Source of the DNA: a virus
DNA length: 64,000 nt
IMG/VR virus record: IMGVR_UViG_3300047408_000076
Span: 1,071 to 65,070 of that record
Direction: 5' to 3' (one strand)
In this document: positions 1-8,900 of the stretch, piece by piece
Layout: every line of letters begins with the position of its first letter
Position numbering within the stretch: the stretch's first letter is position 1
The notes under the pieces: generated by a model
What the model saw: only the letters and a program-made list of their open reading frames with translations
The model's database searches: none
What the model was told of the DNA's origin: nothing
Program-made: the position numbers and the translations under genes

Positions 1-567
1 TGGGAGTACACCTATACGAATTTGAATACCAACACCATTGCTGCGGGCATTGCCTTGGCTTCTGCCGGTTTAACTGCGGGTGGTCCAGGCGCGGCATTTG
101 CGTCGAGGGCTACTGGTACTATTGTAATAAACAATGTGACCACAGGGAGTGTTCTTGGCTTAATCCCGGCTGCTGCTGTTATTGGAATTGCTGTTGATTT
201 CACCAACCAATTGATCTGGTTTCGCATCGCTCCATCCGGCAATTGGAACGGCAGTGGCACAGCCAATCCAGCGACAGGCACGGGTGGCCTTAGTATCAAT
301 TCCATTAGTAGTGGTCCATTGTATCCATTATGTATGTGGGGGGTTGGAGACGTGCTGACCGCAAATTTTGGTGCTAGCGCATTCACAGGCAGCGTCCCTT
401 CGGGATTTACAGCAGGCTTTTCAGGGTCTGGCATTTGGTCGCCGTTCAAGCTCACCACCACGCTGTCCGCGCCGCAGCCCGGTTTGGCAGGATACCTTGA
501 GGCTCGTGTACGCGCCGCCAAGCCGTCCACGACCTTCTACCTTGATCCGAGGCCCGTGTTGTCGTGA
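1..567 (+). CDS. SPRY/B30.2-like (concanavalin fold) virion protein, 5' truncated
   Basis: Frame 1 is open from base 1 (WEYTYTNLNTN...). Motifs VIGIAVDF..LIWFR, NWNG, ANPATG, TANFGASAF, VPSGF match the four domains in 17797-21207. Confidence 0.65.
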   Translation, partial: WEYTYTNLNTNTIAAGIALASAGLTAGGPGAAFASRATGTIVINNVTTGSVLGLIPAAAVIGIAVDFTNQLIWFRIAPSGNWNGSGTANPATGTGGLSINSISSGPLYPLCMWGVGDVLTANFGASAFTGSVPSGFTAGFSGSGIWSPFKLTTTLSAPQPGLAGYLEARVRAAKPSTTFYLDPRPVLS

Positions 568-1832
568 CGACGTATATCGGAACGGGCATCGACAGTGTTG
601 CGTTTGTCACCGATTCGACCGGGGTATTCAGTCTTGCGAGTGGTGTCCCGGTTGTTGAACTACAGCTTCCGGCGCAGGCGTTGCTGGCTGGGTTGGTCTC
701 CGACAGCGATAGCTTTCCAGCACCATCGATCGCGGCCATTGCTGGTCTGGCGACGTTGTTGCCAGCTCTGGTCGCTGATACTGATGCTGTCTATGCGCCT
801 TCGGTTCTGGGGCAGGCTGCGCTGCTACCAGCTCTGGTCACTGATGCCGATGCGATCTATGCCCCGTCATCCGCCGCGATCGGTAACCTATCGCCGAATC
901 TCATTACCGACACTGATGCGGTCTATGGCCCGGCAGTTCGTGGTGTGGCGACTCTGCTGCCGGCATTGGTCGTTGATGCCGAGACGTTCTACACGCAAGC
1001 TATTGGCGGAACTCTTGCCGCGTTTCTGCTGCCGCCGCTCCAAGTGGACAGCGATTCCGTATTCAGTCCGAGCGTTGTTGCTGGCAGTGTTACGCTCTCG
1101 CCTGCGCAGGTCACTGATGGCGATGCGATCTATGTGGCCACTGTCGGCATCGATCGCTTTTTGCGGCCGGCGCTGGTCAACGACACCGAGGCGGTTCCAG
1201 GTGCCTACAGCATTGTCGCGGCCGCACCTGGAAAAGATCAGAAGCTGCATGCGGCACGGCTGTTCTCGGACGATGTTTTCTTCTCGCCGAAGTTCTCGAT
1301 TTGCCCGCTGCTCGTGGTCGATGTCGACAGCATCTTTGCCGCATCGACGCTGCCGGTCTATCCGATTCGTCCTCCTTTCATGGCGAGCGACGATGTCATC
1401 CCGAGCATCGCCGTTTCGCCGTCGCTACCGGCCGCATTCCTTCCGAGTGACGATGCGATCTATCGTCCCGGCATCACGCTGTTCCTGTTGCCGCAGCTTC
1501 GAACCAGCGACGATGCAATCCCGGCGGCGGACGTAGGCTGGAAAGTCTTTGCACAATTTGTTGGTGACGTTGAGCAGATTCCGTCCGTCTTCGTCCAGGC
1601 TTACAACAAGCTGCTGCCAGCAACTTGGTTCGACGAGGAGCATGTCGACGACTATCCGTTCTTCGTTCATGGCCTAACTGGCGGCATCCCGGTGCCGAGG
1701 CCGCCAAATGTTCTCATCGGCTCGGTCAGTAATGCGCGCAGGCTCACTGGCTCGGTGAGTAAGCGCAAGCAACTGACCGGCAGCATCGTCAGCTCACGGC
1801 GCGTTCTCACAGGAAGCTTGAGGCAGCGATGA
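564..1832 (+). CDS. Repeat-rich putative virion structural protein
   Basis: 422 aa with more than 10 degenerate L.P.LV.D.D..Y.P repeats; GTGA overlap with upstream gene; head-tail module context. Confidence 0.6.
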   Translation: MTTYIGTGIDSVAFVTDSTGVFSLASGVPVVELQLPAQALLAGLVSDSDSFPAPSIAAIAGLATLLPALVADTDAVYAPSVLGQAALLPALVTDADAIYAPSSAAIGNLSPNLITDTDAVYGPAVRGVATLLPALVVDAETFYTQAIGGTLAAFLLPPLQVDSDSVFSPSVVAGSVTLSPAQVTDGDAIYVATVGIDRFLRPALVNDTEAVPGAYSIVAAAPGKDQKLHAARLFSDDVFFSPKFSICPLLVVDVDSIFAASTLPVYPIRPPFMASDDVIPSIAVSPSLPAAFLPSDDAIYRPGITLFLLPQLRTSDDAIPAADVGWKVFAQFVGDVEQIPSVFVQAYNKLLPATWFDEEHVDDYPFFVHGLTGGIPVPRPPNVLIGSVSNARRLTGSVSKRKQLTGSIVSSRRVLTGSLRQR

Positions 1833-2539
1833 CCGACATCAACCAGAATTTTTCGCTTCAGGTCGGCAATGATACCGAGGTGTTTTTTGACCTCGGGCCG
1901 GATGACTTGGGCATGAATCTTGAATTTGTCGAAGCGCTGACGTGGACAGCCTATCCGCAGATGCAGGGCATTCCCGATCTGAGTATGCCTCTGATCAGCA
2001 AGGACGTTCCCTCGGGCGGAATCATGGTCACCGATCCGCTGCTGTTGCAGTTCACGGTCAATCTCGCGGGTGCTGACACGGATGGATTGGCTGGCAATTT
2101 CTATCACGAGGTCACGATCATCAACCAGGGCGCGTTGACGACGGCGGCGACCGGCTTGATGACGGTGATCGATCCTGCCGTGGAGCCGAATGTCTCGGCC
2201 TTCAAGGCGATGTTTTCCACCTTCGCGACGGTTGATGATACCACGGTGCAGATCGCGCTCGACATGGCGGGCCAGTTTGTCGACGAGTCCTGGGGAGATT
2301 CGCAGGCCGTAGCGACGATGTATCTCGCGGCGCATTTCCTGTCGCTGGCGTCGACATCGACCAAAGTCAGTGGGCGGGTCGTCAGCTCGGAGACGATTGG
2401 CCCGATTTCACGCAGCTATGCCGTCTCGTCAGTGGCGGGCACGGCGGCTGGTCCCAGCGGCACGCTCGGGCAGACCACTTATGGCATGATCTTCGACACC
2501 ATGCTCACGGCTCAAGGCTACGGCATCATGGTGGTGTGA
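1829..2539 (+). CDS. Head-tail adaptor (DUF4054-like C-terminal domain) with extra N-terminal beta domain
   Basis: C-half FKAMFSTFATVDDTTVQIAL...YLAAHFLSL...TTYG resembles DUF4054 connector proteins. N-half (FTVNL...LAGNFYHEVTI) resembles BppU N-terminal-like domains. Confidence 0.6.
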   Translation: MTDINQNFSLQVGNDTEVFFDLGPDDLGMNLEFVEALTWTAYPQMQGIPDLSMPLISKDVPSGGIMVTDPLLLQFTVNLAGADTDGLAGNFYHEVTIINQGALTTAATGLMTVIDPAVEPNVSAFKAMFSTFATVDDTTVQIALDMAGQFVDESWGDSQAVATMYLAAHFLSLASTSTKVSGRVVSSETIGPISRSYAVSSVAGTAAGPSGTLGQTTYGMIFDTMLTAQGYGIMVV

Positions 2540-2883
2540 TGACAGACATCTGGGCCAGTCTGCGCTCGACTGCAACGGAAATGATCACCGAGTACGGGTG
2601 CCGTGCGATTCTGCGTCGCAATGAAGGCGACCGCGACTGCTTAGCTTCCATGATCGATTTCTTGCCGCGCGGTCAGCCTGGAAGCCTGCGCAACACGCCG
2701 GATCGTGTGTTTCTGGTGGCAGCGGAAGGGCTCACTGTGCCGCCCGATGCCGAGAAAGATTGTCTTGTCACGATTGATCCGATTACCGGGGCGGAGGTCG
2801 AGACTCTGCGCCTGATCTCACCCATCGGCAAGATCGCGCCGGCTGGCGTCGTGCTGTGTTGGAAATTGCAGGCTCGCAGATAA
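2536..2883 (+). CDS. Putative head closure / head-tail joining protein
   Basis: 115 aa; size and position after the adaptor; overlapping start/stop codons. Confidence 0.5.
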   Translation: MMTDIWASLRSTATEMITEYGCRAILRRNEGDRDCLASMIDFLPRGQPGSLRNTPDRVFLVAAEGLTVPPDAEKDCLVTIDPITGAEVETLRLISPIGKIAPAGVVLCWKLQARR

Positions 2884-3356
2884 TGTTCGACAAGCGCGAA
2901 GTGATCCTGCAACGCATGCTGGCGATTCTCACCACAATCGCAGGACCTCCCGTGGTCGATGGCCAGCTCTGCGTCTTCCGCAATCGCGGTGAGATACCCG
3001 TCGAGAAGATGCCAGCGCTCATACTGCTCGATGGCCGCGAGGCGATCAAGCTGTCGGCCAGTGGCAAGGGCGGCATTCTCGCGCCGACGACGTTCACGTT
3101 GCAGCCGCAAGTGTTCGTTGTGCTCAAGCCGACGGCGGAGAACGATAACGACGGCATCGGCGAATCGCTGTCGGACTACCGCATGCGCATCCTCAAGGCA
3201 TTCTCGATCGACGACAACTTGTTCGCGTTGCTCGGCACCAACGGCGAGCTTCAGTATCTCGGGCATGAAACCGACATGCAGACCGGCTCAACGATGCTCG
3301 GGCAGATGCAGATGCAGTTTGCGCTGACCTACGTGCTCAATCCGACCGATCTCTAA
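2883..3356 (+). CDS. Putative tail terminator / tail completion protein
   Basis: ATG at 2883 overlaps the TAA of the previous gene; lies directly before the tail tube genes. Confidence 0.55.
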   Translation: MFDKREVILQRMLAILTTIAGPPVVDGQLCVFRNRGEIPVEKMPALILLDGREAIKLSASGKGGILAPTTFTLQPQVFVVLKPTAENDNDGIGESLSDYRMRILKAFSIDDNLFALLGTNGELQYLGHETDMQTGSTMLGQMQMQFALTYVLNPTDL

Positions 3357-3364
3357 GAGGGAAC

Positions 3365-3880
3365 ATGCCGGTTTTTACGTCACCAGATGTCAGAAACCTC
3401 TCGGTCGGGACCGGCTTCATCGAGTTCAAGCCGGAAGGCGCGTCCAGCTACTATCATGTCGGTAATGTTCCGAATTTCACGTTTCAGATTTCGACCAAGA
3501 CGCTCGATCATTACGTGCCGGTAAATGGCATGCGGATCAAGGACTACACGTGGACGTTGGAGCTGACGGCTGACATCGCGATGGACATGGAGGAGATCAC
3601 TGCCCAGAACTTGGCGATGATCATGCTCGGGAACATCGGGACCGACGGCAGCGGGCGCACTCAGGTCGGCATTTCGGCGCAGCCTCCTCGCAGTGGCGCG
3701 CTGCGATACACCGCCACCAACGAGACTGGGCCGCGCTGGCTCATCGATCTCTACTCGGTCACGTTCAACGGCAACAACACCTTCGATCCACTTACTGGAG
3801 GGAGCAATTTCGACAAACTCTCGGTAACGGGATCGGCTATGGCAGTGAATGGAAGCTTCGGCGTGATGACGCTGATCTGA
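3365..3880 (+). CDS. Tail tube-like protein, paralog 1
   Basis: SD GAGG. Shares FKP..YHVGNVP.FTF...TLDH..MDMEE.TAQNLAM..LG and YYATNE.GPRW..DL with the next gene. Confidence 0.65.
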   Translation: MPVFTSPDVRNLSVGTGFIEFKPEGASSYYHVGNVPNFTFQISTKTLDHYVPVNGMRIKDYTWTLELTADIAMDMEEITAQNLAMIMLGNIGTDGSGRTQVGISAQPPRSGALRYTATNETGPRWLIDLYSVTFNGNNTFDPLTGGSNFDKLSVTGSAMAVNGSFGVMTLI

Positions 3881-3918
3881 AACTACCCGCAACCTCACCC
3901 AGCGAAAGGAGACTTCTC

Positions 3919-4737
3919 ATGGCTGGCAAGTATTCACCTGACGTTCAAAATCTCGCAGTCGGGAAGGGCTTTATACTTTTTAAGCCCGACGATGCCACGT
4001 CGTTCTATCACGTCGGCAACGTGCCCACGTTCACCTTCACGCCGAAGATCACGACGCTGGATCACTTCAGCTCGATGGAGGGCACCAAGCTGAAGGACTT
4101 GTCGATCACGCTGGAGAAATCCGGTCAGGTGAAGATGGACATGGAGGAATTGACGGCACAGAACCTCGCCATGCTGGTGCTTGGCGATGTCACTTACGAC
4201 GTGAGCGGCAATCCGACCGTGAGCATCTTCTCGCGCGATTCGCTGACCGGCGAGTTGAAATACTATGCGACCAACGAGGTTGGGCCGCGTTGGTATGTGG
4301 ATTTGCTGAACGTGCAGTTCAATCCCTCGGGCGACTTCTCGCCGATCGGCGATACGTTCGCCAAGCTGCCCGTCACCGGCACAGTGAACTCGGTGGACGG
4401 CGTGTTCGGCACGATGACGCTGAAGCCGCCAATCAGCACGGTAGTGCCAGAGAACGTGCTGCCGCCGTTCATCACGGGCCAGACCGGGACCGGCGGTGCG
4501 CCCAAGGTTGGCGACGTGCTGACCGCCAACATTGGCGGCTGGATCGGGGCCGCGAGCTATGCGTACTCGTGGAAGGCCGGTGCGGTCGCGGCGGGCGGCA
4601 CGCCGAACAACGCCAAGACCTATACGGTGGCCTCTGGTGATTCGACCAAGGTACTGACGGTGTCGATCATCGCCAGCAATGTGATCGGGGCCTCGCCAGC
4701 GGTTGTGAGCGCGCCTACACTGGCCGCGATTCCGTGA
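3919..4737 (+). CDS. Major tail tube protein, paralog 2, with C-terminal Ig-like domain
   Basis: SD AAGGAG; tube-like N-terminal ~170 aa plus an Ig-like extension (KVGDVLTA...SYAYSW...TYTV...LTVSI). Confidence 0.7.
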   Translation: MAGKYSPDVQNLAVGKGFILFKPDDATSFYHVGNVPTFTFTPKITTLDHFSSMEGTKLKDLSITLEKSGQVKMDMEELTAQNLAMLVLGDVTYDVSGNPTVSIFSRDSLTGELKYYATNEVGPRWYVDLLNVQFNPSGDFSPIGDTFAKLPVTGTVNSVDGVFGTMTLKPPISTVVPENVLPPFITGQTGTGGAPKVGDVLTANIGGWIGAASYAYSWKAGAVAAGGTPNNAKTYTVASGDSTKVLTVSIIASNVIGASPAVVSAPTLAAIP

Positions 4738-4771
4738 CCATCGCGCTTAACTCATGAAGGAGTAATTCGAA

Positions 4772-5263
4772 ATGACAAGTCTGCTCGACATCGGTCCTCT
4801 GACCGAGGAAGTGGAAATTCGCGGTCAGACGCTAACCGTGCAGGGCCTCACCGCTGGGCACATCTTTCAGCTCTTTGCCCAGTTTCCCGACATGCGCAAG
4901 CTGCTCGACGGTAAGCAGGGCAGCCCGCAGGAAGTGATGCTCGGCTTGGCTCCCGATCTGATCGCCAAGCTCATCGCAATGTCGCTCGGAGAGGGCCACA
5001 ACAAGGAGGTTGAAGCCAAGGCTTTGACCATGGGTGCTGGCGATCAGCTCACTATCCTGGCCGCCATGCAACGTCTGTCGTTTCCAGACGGCATCGGCCC
5101 TTTCGTCGACAAGGTGACGGCGATTATGACATCAGTAAAATCACCAACGACGCCCTCGACAACCTCATTGAACTCCACGACCGACTCGCCTGCTCCATTC
5201 AACGCCTCATTGCAAATGGACACACCCGGCATGCTGCGTGGGCATGCACGCCGCGCCAACTGA
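4772..5263 (+). CDS. Tail assembly chaperone (lambda G-like)
   Basis: SD AAGGAG; lies between the tail tube genes and the tape measure; overlapping open -1 frame. Confidence 0.7.
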   Translation: MTSLLDIGPLTEEVEIRGQTLTVQGLTAGHIFQLFAQFPDMRKLLDGKQGSPQEVMLGLAPDLIAKLIAMSLGEGHNKEVEAKALTMGAGDQLTILAAMQRLSFPDGIGPFVDKVTAIMTSVKSPTTPSTTSLNSTTDSPAPFNASLQMDTPGMLRGHARRAN

Positions 5264-5403
5264 GCGCATGGAGCGGGCTGATCGAGCGTGAGCGCATGCG
5301 GGTGCTGGCGGACGACTACATTAACGTCCGCAATGCGCAGATAGAGGTCGGGCCAGCGACCAAATATCACGACGGGCTGCTGGCGCAGGCCAAGAGGCGC
5401 TGA
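4772..5403 (+). CDS. Predicted -1 frameshift extension of the tail chaperone (G-T product)
   Basis: In-frame slippery heptamer C CCT TTC at 5098-5104. The -1 frame is open 5014-5403 and encodes SIQRLIANGH...WACTPRQLSAW...ERER. Confidence 0.6.
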
Positions 5404-5406
5404 GCC

Positions 5407-5949
5407 ATGCCCACCAGCATCGATCCTCTGTCACTAAAGCCTGATCTTGATGCGCACGCTGACAAGATACGGCAGCGCATCGAGAAGGCTGTTGCGGCGG
5501 CAACGCAGAAGCTTGCGGACAACATTCTAAAAGAAGGCCGCAGCGATATTTCCGGCGCTGGCAAGTTCGGCGCGCGCTGGACGGATGGGCTGACGGTCGA
5601 TGTGTCTACCGATCAGCCGCTCACGGGCTCGCTTACGATCCGTCATGCGGTCCCGTACTGGCATATTTTTCAGGTTGGCGGTGTTATCCACGGCAAGCCG
5701 CTGCTTTGGATTCCGCTATCCAACGCCGGTCTCACAGGCGTCAGCGCGCGCGACTTCCCCGGTCGCCTGTTCCGTGTCGATCGCAAGTCTGGTGGCGCGC
5801 CGTTGTTGATGTCGGCCGCCGACAAGCAAGTAAAATATACTGGACACGAGAGCGTGCGCATCCCCAAAAAATTTCATCTGGTCGAGATCATCACCGCGCA
5901 AGCGAAGACGTTTGGCGCGTTGTATCGCGTTGAGATGACGCAAGGGTAA
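5407..5949 (+). CDS. Putative neck / tail completion protein (HK97 gp10-like)
   Basis: 180 aa, basic; motifs IRHAVPYWHIFQVGGVI and KPLLWIPL; tail-module context. Confidence 0.5.
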   Translation: MPTSIDPLSLKPDLDAHADKIRQRIEKAVAAATQKLADNILKEGRSDISGAGKFGARWTDGLTVDVSTDQPLTGSLTIRHAVPYWHIFQVGGVIHGKPLLWIPLSNAGLTGVSARDFPGRLFRVDRKSGGAPLLMSAADKQVKYTGHESVRIPKKFHLVEIITAQAKTFGALYRVEMTQG

Positions 5950-5954
5950 TAGCC

Positions 5955-8900
5955 ATGGCAGACGATGATATCGTCCAGCGGATAAAGATCACGGCTGAAG
6001 GCGGCGATCAAGTCGCCGAGCAGTACCAGATTGCCGGTGACGCGGCCGAGAAGGCTGCCGAGCAGATCACTAAGGCCGGCGAGAGCGGCGGCGACGGCTT
6101 CACGCAGGCCGGCGAGGCGGCTGCGCAGGCTGCGGATGACCTCGCCAAGCTCGGTGACGCGGCACAACAACTTCAGGACAAGATCGCCGAGAGTACCGAT
6201 TCATTCGGTAAGGTTTCCGATTCGATTTCGAATGCCGCTGAGGCGGCGCAGAAGTTCAGCGATTCGACTGACCAATTGCAGGCGGCCGGAACCGCGTTCG
6301 ATGATCTTGCCGCCAAAAGCGATGATGCCGGCAAAGCCATAGCGCAGGCGAGCGAAGGGCTCGCGCAAAGCGGCGAGGCGGCTGATGCGGCGGCCACTGG
6401 CGTCGATAAGGTCGGCGAGGCTGCCTCTGGTGCGGCCGAGGGCATTGCCAAGGTTGGCGATGCTGCCGACCAGATGAGCGGCAAGCTCGATGTTATTGGT
6501 CAGGCTGAGCAATCGTTCAGCACCGCTGCCGAGAGTGCGAAGACTCTTACCGATGAGTTGACCGCGTCCAATGCGGCTGCCTCAGATTTCGACGCTACGT
6601 TCAAGCAAATTACTGATGATTGCGAGGCGGTTCATAGTTGTTTTGCAGACTTAGGCGCGAACGCCGATGCTGCGGCACAAGCGTTCGACCATGTTGCGCA
6701 GGAATCGGAGCGGGCGGTCGAGGATATTCAGAAGATCGCCGATGTCACTGCGGCGGCAGCCGGTGGGCTCGACAAGCTCGCTCAAAGCGCCGGGGCAGCG
6801 GGCGATGCCGCGCAGGGCATCACGATCAGTATCAACAACTCTGGTCAGGCAGTGCAGGATTCGACGCAATTCTGGGCGTCATATGTGCTTGAGCAGGAAA
6901 AGGTTGCCGTCCAGGCGGCACAGACCGGAGTTGCGGCCGGCGAACTCGCTGCCAAGGTCAGGGAGTTCCCGCTGGAAGCCATCAAAGCGGCGGCGGCGGC
7001 GGCGGCGGCGGTTGCGGCTCTCACGTTGGCGATTGTCGAGGCAGGCAAGCTCCTTCAAAGCCTCTTTTCCGGCCCTTCTATTTCGCAACAGGCCGATGCC
7101 TTTCGGCAGGCCCAACTCGAAGCGCAGAAAACCGCCGCCGAGATTGCACTTCTCAAGGCCCAGACGGACAGTCTCAGTGACGGATTTAAGGCAGCCAACG
7201 GCTCCATTCAGACTCATGTCGAAACTGTCGCCAAGATCGCCCCAGCGGCTGCGGCTGCCACCGCTGGAACAACTCAACTAGGTGAAGCCGCGACCTTGGT
7301 CGTAAAACAGTATGCCGATCTCAGTGATGCTCAGAAGAGAATCAACGATGCATTCACATCGAGCGGAATTGCTGGATCAAAGCTCTATCAGACGCTGACG
7401 GATTTATCTAGCGCCACCGGACAAAGCATCAACACCCTGCAAGTCGGGCAGCAGGCATTTGAACACATCGGAATCTCCGCAAGCAAATTCGGCGATGTCG
7501 TCGTCAATCTCAAGAATCAACTAAAGGACTTGGACCCCGCCAGAGCACTGCAAGATTCTGCCAACTCGATCGCCGATGCGACCAATAAGATAGCAGATGC
7601 AAACCTCAAGGTATTGGAAAGCAAGCGCGCGCTTTTACAGGCTGAGATAGCATCACAGGCAAGCGGGCGCGCCTCGTTCGACCAGCAACTGCAATTGGCC
7701 GAACTGAATCGTCAAATCGCCGATCAGACTAAGGGTCAAGCTGCTGTCGTGAGGGAGGTGGAAGCCGCCCATAGAGCGGTGCAGGATGCTGTCAATGCGG
7801 CGGCTGACGCGCAAGCAGCGAAGGCCAAGCTGGTAGCCACCTCACTCGGTACGGTCGTCGAGCAGATAAATAAGATAATTGCAGGGCAGAAGGACATCAA
7901 GTTTGACGAAGCGACGACGGCGGCTACCAAGATCAAGGCCGTTCAGGTCGCATTGGCGGAGATCGGGCAGACCGCAGGCAAGACCGGCGCGGATGTCGTG
8001 CAGGCGCTGGTTCAGATCATCGCCACCACGAAGAATCTCGATGACGCGCTTGCGATCGGAAAGCAATTCGGGTTCGACGATGCGCAAGTCAAGGCTATCC
8101 GCGACTATGGCATTCAAGTCAACACAGCGGCTGACGCGGTCGCCAGGATTCCGAATCTTTTCCAGAAAATACGCGAAGGCGGCGTGGCCATCGGCCCCGA
8201 GGCTGCCGCCGGATTCGACAAGATCAAGGACAGCATCGGCAACATAGATAGCGCTTCGCAGCGGCTGAAGACGGCGTGGACGAATCTTTTCCCGACGAAG
8301 GACATGGAGGATTTCAATACCAAGTCCGTCGAGATGACGAACAAGATCGCGGATCACATTGCTTATGTCAATAATTTGAAGGCGGCTTTTATCGGGGCAG
8401 GCGCTTCGGCTGTCGAGATGGCTGATGCGGTTGTCCAGGCCAGCGCCAAGATCGGCACTAATCTAGCCTCCGGGCAATTCTGGGAAGTGCTTGGCGGAAA
8501 GATTGGAGAGGCGGCCGGCAAGTTCGCGACCTTCTTTTCGGAGGTCGGCAGCTCGACAGCAACGATGGGATCGGATTTCGGGAAAGTATTTACCGATATG
8601 GTCGCAGCCGCTAAACGGTTTGCCGATCAATCGGGCTTTACCGAGTTCAGGGCGAAAGCCCAGGAGGATACGGAAGCAGTCAATCAGTATTTCTACAAGC
8701 TGTGGGCCGATATACTTTCCAGCAGCAAGGGATTTTTCGCCCAACTTGGCGATTCGCTGACGACATTCGCCAAGCTCACAGGAATTTCCGATGCGTGGGA
8801 AGCTATCAAGGCAAAGTCCAAGGAATCTGCCGACGCTTCTGCTGCATACTGGGCGCGTCCCGGCATGTGGTCTGCGTTCATTGCGACGGCGGAATCAGCG

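Noticed and set aside
6987-7012. GCG triplet run as a phase-variation tract (also 15815-15850)
   Set aside because: In-frame poly-Ala; unit changes would not shift the frame.
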